Shown piece by piece: positions 20,070 to 31,203 of a stretch of DNA of 64,000 nt. Below the pieces are notes generated by a model, which saw nothing but the letters and a program-made list of their open reading frames with translations, made no database searches and had not been told where the DNA came from. A program made the position numbers and the translations under genes. Position 1 is the stretch's first letter, and each line of letters starts with the position of its first letter. Source of the stretch: a virus (taxonomy: Duplodnaviria; Caudoviricetes); the IMG/VR virus record IMGVR_UViG_3300011724_000025, positions 1 to 64,000 of that record. One strand, 5' to 3'.

Positions 20070-22007
20070 TCACTTACCGATTAACCGCAAAAATTCTTCT
20101 TCCGTGATAATAGGGACTTTCAGCTCATTCGCCTTCTTATTCTTTGATGAACTGCTCATACTATCGTTATTGATGAGATAATTAGTCTTAGCGGATACCG
20201 ATCCCGATACTTTACCGCCCAGCCCCTCAATCTCTGTCACAAGTTCATTTCTGTTTGCATAATGAAAAAGACTCCCGGTAACTACAAATACTTTACCGGT
20301 CAAATCAACGCAATCACCATTATCTGACTTCACCTTTGGAATATCAAAATCTAATAACATAGGAATATAGGCATCTTCTGTATCGCTATATTTTTCATAC
20401 CAGTCATGGATACTCTTATTCATGGTACTTCCAAAGTCTTCTAATTGAGAAAAATCAAATCCATCTTCCAATGCTTCAATAAAATTTGAATAATCGCCTA
20501 TAAAATATTTACTAATAGTCTTACTGGCCGTTCTGCCGATCAGAGGTATAGATAAGCCATACAGATATCTTTCCAGCGTCGTTGTCTTGGATTTCTCTAT
20601 TGCCACTAATAATTTCTCAGTTGATTTCTTTCCGAATCCACCAAGAACCATCATCTCGTTTTTATGTTCGTGGAGAGTATAGATATCAGACAGAGTTGTC
20701 AACCAACCCAATTCCATAAACTTATCTATCGTAGCTTCTGAGAATCCATCGATATTTAAAGCATTCTTACTGACATAATGGGTTAATCTTGATAACAATT
20801 TAGCCTGGCAGCCATCATTAAGACAATGTAGGGTCTTGCTCCCATTCTCATTATGAATTTCTACTTCTCCACCACAACACGGACATTTATCTGGGAGTTC
20901 CCATGTGTTGCTCTTTGTAAGATTTTCATGGACTTTAGGGATGACCATATTAGCCCGATATAACATAATGGAGTCTCCGATACCTAATTTTAAATCTTCT
21001 ATATAAGATACATTGTGTAATGTGGCTCTTGTGGTAACGGCTCCATCAAGGTCAACTGGATCAAAAATAGCAACGGGATTTATTAAACCTGTCTTAGATG
21101 TGCTCCACTCAATATCTATCAACGTTGTTTCGTATAACTGATCTTGCCATTTTAAAGCTAACATATCGAGTGGGTGATGAGATGTAGTTCCAAGTGATTT
21201 TCCATACTCTTTGTCGTCATAGCGGTAAATCAGCCCATCTACCGGAAGTCTGAATTTCTCTGGGTTAAATGTATCAAAGCATTCATCCAAATCATTAACT
21301 ATACAACAATCAACTACGGGCATACCTAAATCTGAGGCATAGACATATTCTCCAACTAAAGTTCCGCAATTAGAGCCTTCCACGGCATCAAATACGTAAT
21401 ATTCAAGTTTTCGTTCAATGGCAATATTGGAATCCAACTGTCTGAGTGTCCCGGCTGCAAGATTTCGTGGATGAGAATAAGGTTCCTCTAGTTCAGAATT
21501 AATTCTCTCAAATGTATCCCATGGAATAACACATTCTCCTCTGAATATAATATCTACAGGTTTTCTTAGTTTAACCGGAAGATTTATACAGTGTTTGAAT
21601 GTATGAGTAACATCTTCTCCAATTATGCTGCTTCCCCTAGTAGATGCTTTATAAAGTAGTCCTTTTTTATATTCAGATACAATCGTGAGTCCATCGAGCT
21701 TCCATGACTGAATCACATCTCTGTCGCCAATAAATTTACGAACAACGTCTAAATCCTTTGTTTTGTTGGAAGAAAGCATCGGATATTTATGCTCCACTTT
21801 TTCAAGAAAATCAACTACCTCTCCTTGGACTTTCTGCGTCGGAGATCCTGTCAATATGTATCCCGTCTCATTTTCAAGCGTGGATAATTCATCATATAGG
21901 TCATCATACTGCTTGTCTGTTATAATTGGATTATCATATTTATAATAGGCATTGGCGGCTCTATTAAGTTCTTCTATTAATTCTCTGATTCTATCTGTTT
22001 TGTTCAA
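20070..22007 (-). CDS. ligA: NAD-dependent DNA ligase
   Basis: KLDG, STRG, RGE, PRNLAAG, DGL, Zn finger, HhH motifs, BRCT (FVVTGS...SVSAKT). Confidence 0.95.
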   Translation of the reverse strand: MNKTDRIRELIEELNRAANAYYKYDNPIITDKQYDDLYDELSTLENETGYILTGSPTQKVQGEVVDFLEKVEHKYPMLSSNKTKDLDVVRKFIGDRDVIQSWKLDGLTIVSEYKKGLLYKASTRGSSIIGEDVTHTFKHCINLPVKLRKPVDIIFRGECVIPWDTFERINSELEEPYSHPRNLAAGTLRQLDSNIAIERKLEYYVFDAVEGSNCGTLVGEYVYASDLGMPVVDCCIVNDLDECFDTFNPEKFRLPVDGLIYRYDDKEYGKSLGTTSHHPLDMLALKWQDQLYETTLIDIEWSTSKTGLINPVAIFDPVDLDGAVTTRATLHNVSYIEDLKLGIGDSIMLYRANMVIPKVHENLTKSNTWELPDKCPCCGGEVEIHNENGSKTLHCLNDGCQAKLLSRLTHYVSKNALNIDGFSEATIDKFMELGWLTTLSDIYTLHEHKNEMMVLGGFGKKSTEKLLVAIEKSKTTTLERYLYGLSIPLIGRTASKTISKYFIGDYSNFIEALEDGFDFSQLEDFGSTMNKSIHDWYEKYSDTEDAYIPMLLDFDIPKVKSDNGDCVDLTGKVFVVTGSLFHYANRNELVTEIEGLGGKVSGSVSAKTNYLINNDSMSSSSKNKKANELKVPIITEEEFLRLIGK

Positions 22008-22496
22008 TCAAATCCTCCTTAATTTTTAATATACTCAATATCGCTTTGGCTTCCCAAAATAATCGGTTCCTTGTCTGGTTGGAGAAATTTCATTTTCCAA
22101 TAAGCGGCTCTGCGATTTTCTAATTCCAACTGTTTCTGTAAAACGTCATTTTTATTTCGTAAGTCGAAATTTGCATTAACATATGTGCTAATATGAGATC
22201 TAATATTTTCAGTAACCTCTTTATGTTTCTTTTTGCTTATAAAACCAAGCAAATCATCACCTCCGTTTTGACATAAAATACTCGTTTCATTTGCTTTTCT
22301 TATATTTCTATCATAAAATTTTCTCTTACATCTTTTTCTTCATCGGTCATCCAACGGACATTAAACCCACTATTTTCAAGGTTTTCAAAGTCCTCAATAC
22401 TGTTAAATATTGGATTTAGAGCAATTTCCTTAATTTCACTACTTTTTATCATTTTTACCTCATTTCCACACCAATGAAACCACTGATTCATTGGTA

Positions 22497-23234
22497 TTAT
22501 AATTTTTTCAGCAATGACCTAACTGGTTCTTTGTTCATATTCTCTTTCGCCCAGACTATGTAATTTGGATCTGATTTTGCTACATCGATTAATTTTTCAC
22601 CACTATGTTTTCCAAATGTTAAGATATATTCATTGATATCAGGTATCTCAGGTGCTACATATTCTTCAAATGTAAACTCAATATCTTTTCTGCTTGCTAG
22701 ATAATCAGCTAAGTGAACCATCTTTTGATATTTATTCTTTGGCAATGGTAAGACTACTGAACTTTTCTTATCCATATTCCACTGCCCCATATGAGACTCA
22801 ATAGTAGTTGCAATAATTTCTAGTTCTTCTTCTGGAATAAAACCTAACATTTTTCTGACTTCGTTAGCTGCTAAAAGTGGGTGATTGAACTTTGTATATT
22901 TGCTTTTCAAATAATCTTCATCAGTGCCACTCTTTTGTGAATCATGCATTATTCCAGCAACTCTCATTAAATCTCGTTCTCTTGATGTAAATTTGTCACC
23001 AAAACACTCTACGTTCATAATGTGATTTAAAATTCTGACAAGTGCCTGAGTGTGTCGTGCTAGTCCCAAATCTCCTAATGCATATTGTGGATGATACTTA
23101 CCTGTACTACTTGCGCCCACATTCCAAAAGTAATCTGGAATTATTTCAATACACTCTAAGGCAAAATTCCTAATATCTTCATTCTCAAATGATGCAAGTA
23201 TCCCATCAAATATCTTTGACTTTTCGTTTCTCAA
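22497..23234 (-). CDS. HD-domain phosphohydrolase
   Basis: ASSTGKYHP, GLARHT, MHD, SHMG, LADY; C-terminal FGKHSG module. Confidence 0.8.
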   Translation of the reverse strand: MRNEKSKIFDGILASFENEDIRNFALECIEIIPDYFWNVGASSTGKYHPQYALGDLGLARHTQALVRILNHIMNVECFGDKFTSRERDLMRVAGIMHDSQKSGTDEDYLKSKYTKFNHPLLAANEVRKMLGFIPEEELEIIATTIESHMGQWNMDKKSSVVLPLPKNKYQKMVHLADYLASRKDIEFTFEEYVAPEIPDINEYILTFGKHSGEKLIDVAKSDPNYIVWAKENMNKEPVRSLLKKL

Positions 23235-23245
23235 TAATACTCTCC

Positions 23246-23776
23246 TTATCTCAAATAATTTTTTAAGTAATATTCAAAATATCCTCTAACGAAAATTCCT
23301 GAATACTTATTGTCTGGCATAAAGGATATTGGAATGTTATATTTATGCCAAAAACTATGTAATGAGGCCCAAAATGATTTTTTATTATATTGCGTATTAT
23401 AGTTTCCTGTAACAATATCTGCGTATGTTCCACCTTCAATCAACAATACTTTTATTTTGGGTGCTAAACTGAATTCTTTTTCTAATCTATCTCTTTCTTT
23501 TGTAAGATTCCCCGATATTTCTTCAAGAGAACCTTTCCTTTCAACTATTACTTCTCCATCGAAATACATGTCTCTTGGAATATTTAGATTCTCATTCTGC
23601 GGAAGCATAAAGGAATAATCTCCATAGGAAAGTGCTTTTTTCTTATGGGGTATTCCTTTACTATCCCAATAATCAAGCAGATGTTGATTATTCTTTTCTC
23701 TGGTATCCACAAGAATTGTCATTGATTTAACTAATTCGTCGAGTTCTTTATCCGTATACTTGAACTTATCTAACAT
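23246..23776 (-). CDS. ERCC4-domain nuclease (resolvase-like)
   Basis: VDTRE, GDY, VERK. Confidence 0.85.
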   Translation of the reverse strand: MLDKFKYTDKELDELVKSMTILVDTREKNNQHLLDYWDSKGIPHKKKALSYGDYSFMLPQNENLNIPRDMYFDGEVIVERKGSLEEISGNLTKERDRLEKEFSLAPKIKVLLIEGGTYADIVTGNYNTQYNKKSFWASLHSFWHKYNIPISFMPDNKYSGIFVRGYFEYYLKNYLR

Positions 23777-26700
23777 CTACCTTACAAAACTCCATTTCTT
23801 TAAAATAGTTTCTTTATCTGTTTTATCTTGCTGCCATTCATCATTTTCGTCCTTGTACCAACGTCCTTCATTGGAGCACTCTATTGTTTTTATAATATCT
23901 CCTTGCTGAATTGGGTTTTCATCATATCTAGGACGCTTTACCTTTACAGTCTCAATATCTCCATTACATAATCTATACAATGTCAATTTAGGATTTTTAA
24001 ATTTACACTCAAAGTCTTTAACAAAAGCATATTGTGGAGAAATTTCAGTAACAATTGTTTGAATATAGCCAAGATACTCCAACTCGTTTTGCAATCTTTC
24101 ATATAGTGGTATATCTTTATTCTCTAAATCATTCCATATATCACGCAATGCAGAATCATAATCAAATTTTCTATATTGTTTTTCTGTTTCTTCTGAATAT
24201 TTCATTATATATGGAAGGTATTCTACTTGAATTTCTACCTTGCTGAATTGAGAACGATCATATAAATCATTTGCAACTTCTATAAATTTCAGGATTTTAC
24301 CAATCTTACCAAAGTCATCGAAGTATCCAAGTTTAATGAGCACGTCGATCTTTCCTGCGTTTACACTTTTGACATTTTTAAGTGCCTTATATAAATCATA
24401 AAAACTATTAAAAGTATTCTTTTGTGAAAGCTTGTATAAATCATCTGCACATTTTTGACTTAATCCTTTAATGCCAAGCAATGAAGAATATATAACGTGA
24501 TTTTCTTTATCGGCTACAAATTTTCTATTATCTGATCCAAATTTATATTTGCCCTCCGTTATTCCAAATGCTTTTAGCATTTCTTGCTTGATGAGTGCCA
24601 CTTTATCTTTATTTCCTTTATCGGAGTAATGTTGTAACATCACTTCGTAAAATTCGTATGGATAATTTGCCTTCTGCCAGGCATTATATAGACTATCTAA
24701 AGCCATACAATAGGCATGAGCTGAGTTAAATCCATAGCCGCAAGAATCATCTATAATCTGCCATACCTTCTCGCTCATCTCCTGAGCATCTTCATCGGAA
24801 ACATCACTGTCTACTAATATCTTCTCTTTAAATCCTTTTAAAAACCGTTCCTTTAATGGTCTTACTTTTTCAGGATGCTTTTTGGCAATTGATTTAATAA
24901 TTCCATAACATTCATCAATCGGAAAACCGGCATAGTTTAAGGTGTTCATTGTCTGTTCTTGATAAAGTATAAAAGAATACGGAAACTCTTCAGTTTGGAT
25001 TATCTTATCAAATACAGGAATTCCATAATCAAATGATTCTCTACTCTCAAACTTAGAGTACATCGATTTAAACGCTGGTCTGATAGCTGCAATAAATGCG
25101 GTTAGTTCTGAAATATTCTTTGCCTTATACTTCATCATCTTTTTTGTTGTAGAATCTTTTTCACACTGATTCAGACCAACAGTGTATCCGTTTGCATATA
25201 ATTCCCAAACTTTTTCATCACTTTTAACCAATTCAGTAAGTTCAATTACATTCAGATGTTTAATGCCAATACGCCTAAAAATTTTATCTATAAGAACTAC
25301 TACGTCTACCTTAAGCAAATCATTTTTCAAAAACTTATAATGTTCTGCAATAGCACCATCGACAACAGTTGTTATATATTCTTTCTTAGTTGTATCACTT
25401 TTGCATTTTATTAGTCCAATTTCCTCACGAATATTGCCTGCATATAGTAGATATGCACACGGAGCTTTCTTTTTATCTGATATAATCCCCCAATATGGTT
25501 TACTCTGAGTGATGTAATCATGATACTTCTCATCTACATAATCATATATATTAAGTTCTTCTCTCTCGTCATCATCGGCATATTTCAGTGCTTCGTCGTA
25601 TTTTCCAATTTGTTCTGAAATTTGATTTGCAATATCAAAATCCAGATCTTTTGCTCTTGCATATAGTTTAAACGCTGACTTCTTTTTAAATGTTCCAAAT
25701 GCTATCATTGGATAGGCGTGTCCTGGTGTTCCATAAATTTCAGTCAAAACTTCGTCTTGAGCTTCTGCAAAAATATCTGGATTACCACAATTCAAGTCTA
25801 AATCAGGTAAAGATTTTGTCTCTAAAATACGACTTTCTGAAATAAATCGTTCAGGATATAATTTAATGGGAGATTTAAATCTGTCCACTTTTGAAAATCC
25901 ACATAGGGTATTAGTAAAGTATCCCACCGCGGAACCTCTTCCAGAGTCTGTAATTAGACCTCCCTTTTCAATAGCTCTTTGTACAATTCTATAGTCAATA
26001 AGCGGATAATCTACCATTCCGGTGTTTTTATATACCGATACTTCTGATTTTACACCTTCAAAATATTCTTCATATTCCTCTGGGGAAATGTCTTTCATGT
26101 ACTCTTTGAATTTTTGTGTTACTAATTTACTGTAAATTTTATTTCTTTCTTCTTGGGTTTTTCCTGGATATGCAGATGGAAGTTTTATATCATCAGAAAA
26201 TTCAATATCATCGAAAGTCAAACATATGTCTGTATTATCCATTGCTTTTTGAATTTGTTTTCTTGAAAAAATCCCTTGTTTTAAAAATCTATTCATTACT
26301 GTTTCATCGTCAGGATAGTCCATAAACCACCCTTCTTCATCTTCATAATGAACGTTTTTGGCCGCAAGAACATAATCCCTTTGACTAGAATCTTCTGGAT
26401 AAATATAATGACTATCCAGCCCAACAATCATTTCAATTCCATATTTTTTTGATAACATCAATATTCGCTTGTTTAATTCTATTTGCTTCACTGTATTGTG
26501 GTTTTGAATTTCAAGCATAAAATTGTCGCCGAAATGCTTATGTAATTTAATTACGATATCTTCTATATCATCATAATGCCAAAACGCTATACAGGCAGTT
26601 GTCACAAACACATCTTCTGGTGGAAGTGATAATAAAAGTTCTAAATCTACCCTTGGTCTAAAATAATATCCTTCTTCATTTGCATCTGACAAAATACCAT

Positions 26701-26992
26701 TTATTTTTCTTCTACCGTTTTCATTTTTTGCAAGTATAATAATGTGACTATTAGTCCTGTCTTTTTCATGTCTATCCTTTACCCAATATGCCTCTGCCCC
26801 AAATATAAATTTAAGGTTATATTTTTTTGCTAACTCAAACGTTTCATAATAGTATCCTTGCCAACCATGTTCTACACTGCTTATAACTTTATGTCCTAAT
26901 TCAACCGCCCGTTTTGCGTAATCCTCATTTACAGCAGCCGAATCAGCAACATAAATATTAGAATAAGAAGTATGTCTATGATAATTATTTAT
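23777..26992 (-). CDS. dnaE: DNA polymerase III alpha subunit (phage DnaE); ATA start at 26992
   Basis: Frame extends 100 codons upstream of the track start to (I)NNYHRHTSYS PHP motif after SD AGGTGGTG; GRGSA, PDLDL, GYGFNSAHA. Confidence 0.93.
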   Translation of the reverse strand: MNNYHRHTSYSNIYVADSAAVNEDYAKRAVELGHKVISSVEHGWQGYYYETFELAKKYNLKFIFGAEAYWVKDRHEKDRTNSHIIILAKNENGRRKINGILSDANEEGYYFRPRVDLELLLSLPPEDVFVTTACIAFWHYDDIEDIVIKLHKHFGDNFMLEIQNHNTVKQIELNKRILMLSKKYGIEMIVGLDSHYIYPEDSSQRDYVLAAKNVHYEDEEGWFMDYPDDETVMNRFLKQGIFSRKQIQKAMDNTDICLTFDDIEFSDDIKLPSAYPGKTQEERNKIYSKLVTQKFKEYMKDISPEEYEEYFEGVKSEVSVYKNTGMVDYPLIDYRIVQRAIEKGGLITDSGRGSAVGYFTNTLCGFSKVDRFKSPIKLYPERFISESRILETKSLPDLDLNCGNPDIFAEAQDEVLTEIYGTPGHAYPMIAFGTFKKKSAFKLYARAKDLDFDIANQISEQIGKYDEALKYADDDEREELNIYDYVDEKYHDYITQSKPYWGIISDKKKAPCAYLLYAGNIREEIGLIKCKSDTTKKEYITTVVDGAIAEHYKFLKNDLLKVDVVVLIDKIFRRIGIKHLNVIELTELVKSDEKVWELYANGYTVGLNQCEKDSTTKKMMKYKAKNISELTAFIAAIRPAFKSMYSKFESRESFDYGIPVFDKIIQTEEFPYSFILYQEQTMNTLNYAGFPIDECYGIIKSIAKKHPEKVRPLKERFLKGFKEKILVDSDVSDEDAQEMSEKVWQIIDDSCGYGFNSAHAYCMALDSLYNAWQKANYPYEFYEVMLQHYSDKGNKDKVALIKQEMLKAFGITEGKYKFGSDNRKFVADKENHVIYSSLLGIKGLSQKCADDLYKLSQKNTFNSFYDLYKALKNVKSVNAGKIDVLIKLGYFDDFGKIGKILKFIEVANDLYDRSQFSKVEIQVEYLPYIMKYSEETEKQYRKFDYDSALRDIWNDLENKDIPLYERLQNELEYLGYIQTIVTEISPQYAFVKDFECKFKNPKLTLYRLCNGDIETVKVKRPRYDENPIQQGDIIKTIECSNEGRWYKDENDEWQQDKTDKETILKKWSFVR

Positions 26993-27009
26993 GAAATCAC
27001 CACCTGTCT

Positions 27010-28140
27010 TTAAAATAAATCATCATCCGTACTATTTTGTTTTGTATCAAGATATTTCTTTATGTGCGGGCAACTCTTATGGTTACAAAGATTTAAACAG
27101 AAAAAAATATCATCAGCCTCTTTTCCTGTTGCTGTTGTTTTTGTAAATTTTCGAGGTGGATAAGATTTTTCTTCTTTATCAAGACTTTCCCATAAATCAG
27201 ATGTCTCTTTTATGTATTGCAAACATTCTTCCTTTACCTCGTCTGTTATCTCATACTTTCGTACATATGGTATAATTTTATATCTGCTCCTAATACTGTC
27301 TGGAAGATTGTCTAGCGAGTTGTTTTCAAGAGACTCATTAATCATAATTTCAATATCAATTTCATCATATCCACTGTTAGTAAGCCTTAATTCAATATCA
27401 CCTTTTAATTCTTGAACGATTTTTTTTCTTTCACAAACCTTTTCGATTAAAGATTCTGTTTTAGAATTTGACCGTTTCTTCCCAACATATTGAATGGTGC
27501 AATACTTTAACATGATCCAAGCGCACTCTTTAACCACATACCCCAGTTGCTCCAATGCCATTTGATAGATAACCAACTGTCTTCCATGGTGGATCAGATC
27601 ATCTTTACTAAATTGAGAACTTGTCTTCCAATCGTATACACTAACTATTTTGTTTTTCTCATCAACAATCTTGATCAAATCACAGTACCCTTGTAAATAG
27701 TGGTCTTCATCTATCTTTAAAATTAAAAATTCCTCAGTGATAAATTTCCCCTTAGGTTTCTTGAATGTATTACAGAAATGAGTCATATTAGATATCCAAC
27801 CATTTCTAATACTGTCTTCTCCGTTTCGGTCTTTTGGAAACGAAATTCCCAACATTTCATAATCATCCAATTCCTCATAAAGTGTTGGCAACAAGATCGA
27901 TTCATTATTTACCCCGTTGATAATCTCTTCAAGTTTGTCGTGTATTTTTCCTCCAGCTAATGCATATATATTATTTGAACCTTTTTCATGTTTAACATAT
28001 GTAAGGTATGAACTATATAAACAATTATCAATTGTAGATAATTTTGAATGACTGTATACATTCTTACCTTCATCAAACAACTTTTGTAATCTTATGTTTT
28101 TCTCTCTTGCTGCCATGCCCCTCCTATATCCAGACAACAC
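27010..28140 (-). CDS. PD-(D/E)xK exonuclease (Cas4/RecB-like)
   Basis: SHSKL..C, GYCDL, YDWKT, QLVIY, terminal Cys cluster. Confidence 0.8.
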   Translation of the reverse strand: MLSGYRRGMAAREKNIRLQKLFDEGKNVYSHSKLSTIDNCLYSSYLTYVKHEKGSNNIYALAGGKIHDKLEEIINGVNNESILLPTLYEELDDYEMLGISFPKDRNGEDSIRNGWISNMTHFCNTFKKPKGKFITEEFLILKIDEDHYLQGYCDLIKIVDEKNKIVSVYDWKTSSQFSKDDLIHHGRQLVIYQMALEQLGYVVKECAWIMLKYCTIQYVGKKRSNSKTESLIEKVCERKKIVQELKGDIELRLTNSGYDEIDIEIMINESLENNSLDNLPDSIRSRYKIIPYVRKYEITDEVKEECLQYIKETSDLWESLDKEEKSYPPRKFTKTTATGKEADDIFFCLNLCNHKSCPHIKKYLDTKQNSTDDDLF

Positions 28141-29146
28141 AATTTTTTATCAAATAGGAAAATTTCTCCTTGCCAAAATCAGAAGGACTTCCTTTACTAT
28201 TTTTAGGAATTATAATATTCTCTCTGTCAAAAATATATCCCACATAGTTATTGAAAATTGCGTTGTTTATTTTAAGTTTCTTTGCTTCTTCTCTTATATA
28301 TTCTTCCTCAAGCCCCTCATCGTAAGCCAGTATTGTTTTGTTTACTAATAGTCCTTTTGCGTATTTGACCTGCGTATCTGATAGATTGCACCCACATGAA
28401 GCGAGTCCTATTTTGCAATCAAAAGAATCTAATTGTTGTGGAAATTTCTCACTTTCACCTATAATACATAATCCTTTATTTTGAATGGCTTCGTAATTTC
28501 TGTGGTATGCGTAAAGTGTTAGACTTCGACTGCATGGTATAATTGGCAACCATCTTTCATCTTTTTGGCAATTAGAATCAATAGAACGTCCCATTATTCC
28601 ACACAATTTCCCATCAAAAGTAAACTCTGGAACTGTAATTCTATTTGATAACAAATCATATCCAATCTCATACTTCTCTTGTGTCTGATAGCTAATCCCA
28701 TCATTAAAAAACATTAAATTAAACTTACCGACATATTCATTAAGGATATTAGTCTCATATGTTTTCATCACAGTTTCAGGTTCTTGAATTTCACGAATTA
28801 AATTTTTATAGAATCCTCCAAATGGATACTTCACTGATTTATTAAAGCTATTTTTTTCAAGTCCTAATAAATCTGCCACATATTCTAATGCTTGAGGAAA
28901 ATTTAGTTCCTTTTGCTTCATTACAAGAGTATAGAGATTTCCCCTTTCATTTGTGCTGAAGCAAGTGAAATTTAATGTTTCAATATTTAACCTAACAGAT
29001 GATGGATTTCTACCAAAATCCCTTGCAAAACGAAATTCATTTTTAGATGGATTATATGAAATGCTCTTATATTCCAAAGACTCTAATACATGTAATATTT
29101 GATCTCTGCTATTCGATATGTGTTCAGTAAGTTTTAAAGCATTCAA
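28124..29146 (-). CDS. phage DNA primase (TOPRIM)
   Basis: RITVP, GIMGR, IGESEK, LAYD; adjacent to the helicase. Confidence 0.8.
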   Translation of the reverse strand: MNALKLTEHISNSRDQILHVLESLEYKSISYNPSKNEFRFARDFGRNPSSVRLNIETLNFTCFSTNERGNLYTLVMKQKELNFPQALEYVADLLGLEKNSFNKSVKYPFGGFYKNLIREIQEPETVMKTYETNILNEYVGKFNLMFFNDGISYQTQEKYEIGYDLLSNRITVPEFTFDGKLCGIMGRSIDSNCQKDERWLPIIPCSRSLTLYAYHRNYEAIQNKGLCIIGESEKFPQQLDSFDCKIGLASCGCNLSDTQVKYAKGLLVNKTILAYDEGLEEEYIREEAKKLKINNAIFNNYVGYIFDRENIIIPKNSKGSPSDFGKEKFSYLIKNCVVWI

Positions 29147-29163
29147 ATAATCACCACCTTAAC

Positions 29164-30639
29164 TTATGCTGCTCCCTTATGATCGTTCATTATATTACAG
29201 TGTCCGATTTCCTTCCATGAATTAAACCGCCCATTTACTTCAAATAGCACTTGTTGTTTATCTTCATCATTTCTGGTTTTATCTAGGAATACAACGATAT
29301 ACTTTTTATCAGTATCTAAAGTAATCATTCTCTTTACTTTGGTATATTTTCCAGTTTCATCCTTTTGAAGCTGATATGCTTTACAATCATATTTTTCTCC
29401 TGTATACTCGTCAGTCCAAAGCTGGCGCATATAAATCATTTCACTAAATACTTCCTTAATTTGTTTACCATTTGCCAAACAAGCAGCATCTAAATATCTT
29501 TGATTTATGGTGTATAACGCAAGCTGATATGTAGGGATAATAGATATGTTTTCTTTACTTGCAAGCTGAAAAACTTTTCTGCTGTTCATAAGCAACTGTA
29601 AAAACATTTTTTCATCAAGACTATCATCACTTTTCATTGTATCCCAAATAAATACTTGAAATCCTCTTTTGGCACTCTTCTTTATGTATTTCAAAACCTT
29701 ATTAATATCATTGTCAAAAAGCTTGATAAATTTTAGATTGCTATACTTTTCTTTGCTTATAACCTTTGCTCGATTTAACATTTCACGTTGCTCGTCTGTA
29801 AAATGCCCCATTTTTATTTTCTTTCGTGTCAATCCCCAATAATTCAAATCTTCTGTAAGAATATGAGCTAACAACATGATCTTATAATCCTTGCTTCTCA
29901 TCTCATTACTTACGATAGCGACCTTTACATTATCTTCGGTCATTGGTAAGGCTATATTCTCAAATGTAAATGAACTTTTACCAACACCGGAATGACCGGC
30001 TACCATGTACATTTCTCCAAGTGGTACACCAAGAGTTAAATAATTGAGAATAGGACACTTTTTTGCATAACTAATTCCAACTGCATCTCCAGAGTCGCAT
30101 TCCTTAATAAAGTCATCATCAATAACAAGAGATTCTTCTTCAACCTCATGAGCCGATACAATACTAATGTCATTCAGTTTATATTCAAAAAAATCATAAA
30201 CCTGTTGGCTTGACATCTTATCAAATTTACTAATATCATCGAATGCGCTAAAAGTAAGTTTACAAAGATTATCAAGTGTATTTAGTTTTGCGATCTTATC
30301 AAAATATGCATCAACATTTTCAGGATCAACAAGCTGCCTTAAACTTTCAACTTCCCTATATCCACCATAGTCACTGAAAGTCTCACCTACTGTTGGCTTG
30401 TCCTGTAAAAAGTTATGTACTGTTATATTGTCAAACTTTCTAAATCCAGCTTCATATAATGCTCTGCCCAAGTCAAAATAGAAAATGGCATCTTTGCTCT
30501 TAAGTGTGTCATCTCTTTTATTATTAACAAATTTATAATCATCATATAAATCTGGGTCTTTCCAAAAACAAAACACAAACGGAGCCTCTATTTCATCTCT
30601 ATTTCTATTTATTGCTTCTAAACATTTTTCTAATTCCAA
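29164..30639 (-). CDS. DnaB-like replicative helicase
   Basis: GHSGVGKS, SNEM, WDTMK, DKTR. Confidence 0.88.
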   Translation of the reverse strand: MELEKCLEAINRNRDEIEAPFVFCFWKDPDLYDDYKFVNNKRDDTLKSKDAIFYFDLGRALYEAGFRKFDNITVHNFLQDKPTVGETFSDYGGYREVESLRQLVDPENVDAYFDKIAKLNTLDNLCKLTFSAFDDISKFDKMSSQQVYDFFEYKLNDISIVSAHEVEEESLVIDDDFIKECDSGDAVGISYAKKCPILNYLTLGVPLGEMYMVAGHSGVGKSSFTFENIALPMTEDNVKVAIVSNEMRSKDYKIMLLAHILTEDLNYWGLTRKKIKMGHFTDEQREMLNRAKVISKEKYSNLKFIKLFDNDINKVLKYIKKSAKRGFQVFIWDTMKSDDSLDEKMFLQLLMNSRKVFQLASKENISIIPTYQLALYTINQRYLDAACLANGKQIKEVFSEMIYMRQLWTDEYTGEKYDCKAYQLQKDETGKYTKVKRMITLDTDKKYIVVFLDKTRNDEDKQQVLFEVNGRFNSWKEIGHCNIMNDHKGAA

Positions 30640-31157
30640 AGTTCATCACCCTCCAAGAAGTCACTAATGTCTTTTGCTTTTTGCTTAGAACCAATATTCA
30701 TTACTGTATCTTCGTTTACGGCTTCAAAGTTCGTCGCCTGTTCTTGTTGTCTTTCCATAACTTTTTCAGTTCTAAGATGTTCCTTATATACATCATTGAT
30801 ATTGTTTTTAATAATTGCCATGATGTAAGAGATCTTATTCATATCATTCTTAAAGGATTTTGTTTTTATACTGTATTCAATTGAAGACCGACATTTATCA
30901 ATTGTTTCTAAAATCACATCATATCCATAAAACTCTAACTCTTTTAGTTTTTTAGTTAATATTGTAGGAAATACTTGGCCAGTATTGTAATCTAGAAATT
31001 CACAAGCTATAACGCTTATTGTATGTTTTCTATCTTCGCATTCCTTATGCCATATTTCATAGACCTGCTGACTCTTATAGTATTTTCCTTCAATCTTTAT
31101 GAAAATATCAGATAAACCCACTTCGCCTGTTACCTGGCATTTAACTTTTCTTCCTAT
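30630..31157 (-). CDS. replication-associated protein (SPbeta YorH-like position); ATA start
   Basis: Between recombinase and helicase; SD GGTGGTG then ATA GGA AGA AAA GTT AAA TGC. Confidence 0.6.
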   Translation of the reverse strand: MGRKVKCQVTGEVGLSDIFIKIEGKYYKSQQVYEIWHKECEDRKHTISVIACEFLDYNTGQVFPTILTKKLKELEFYGYDVILETIDKCRSSIEYSIKTKSFKNDMNKISYIMAIIKNNINDVYKEHLRTEKVMERQQEQATNFEAVNEDTVMNIGSKQKAKDISDFLEGDELWN

Positions 31158-31203
31158 TTTTCACACCACCCTTTCAGGCGGTGGGGAAACCCCACCTCGA
31201 TTA

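Noticed and set aside
23777-26692. dnaE with truncated PHP domain
   Set aside because: The frame is open to an SD-preceded ATA at 26992 that includes the PHP motif.
27010-28140. Cas4-like nuclease as evidence of CRISPR-Cas
   Set aside because: It lies within the replication block with no cas1/cas2 or array; typical phage exonuclease.
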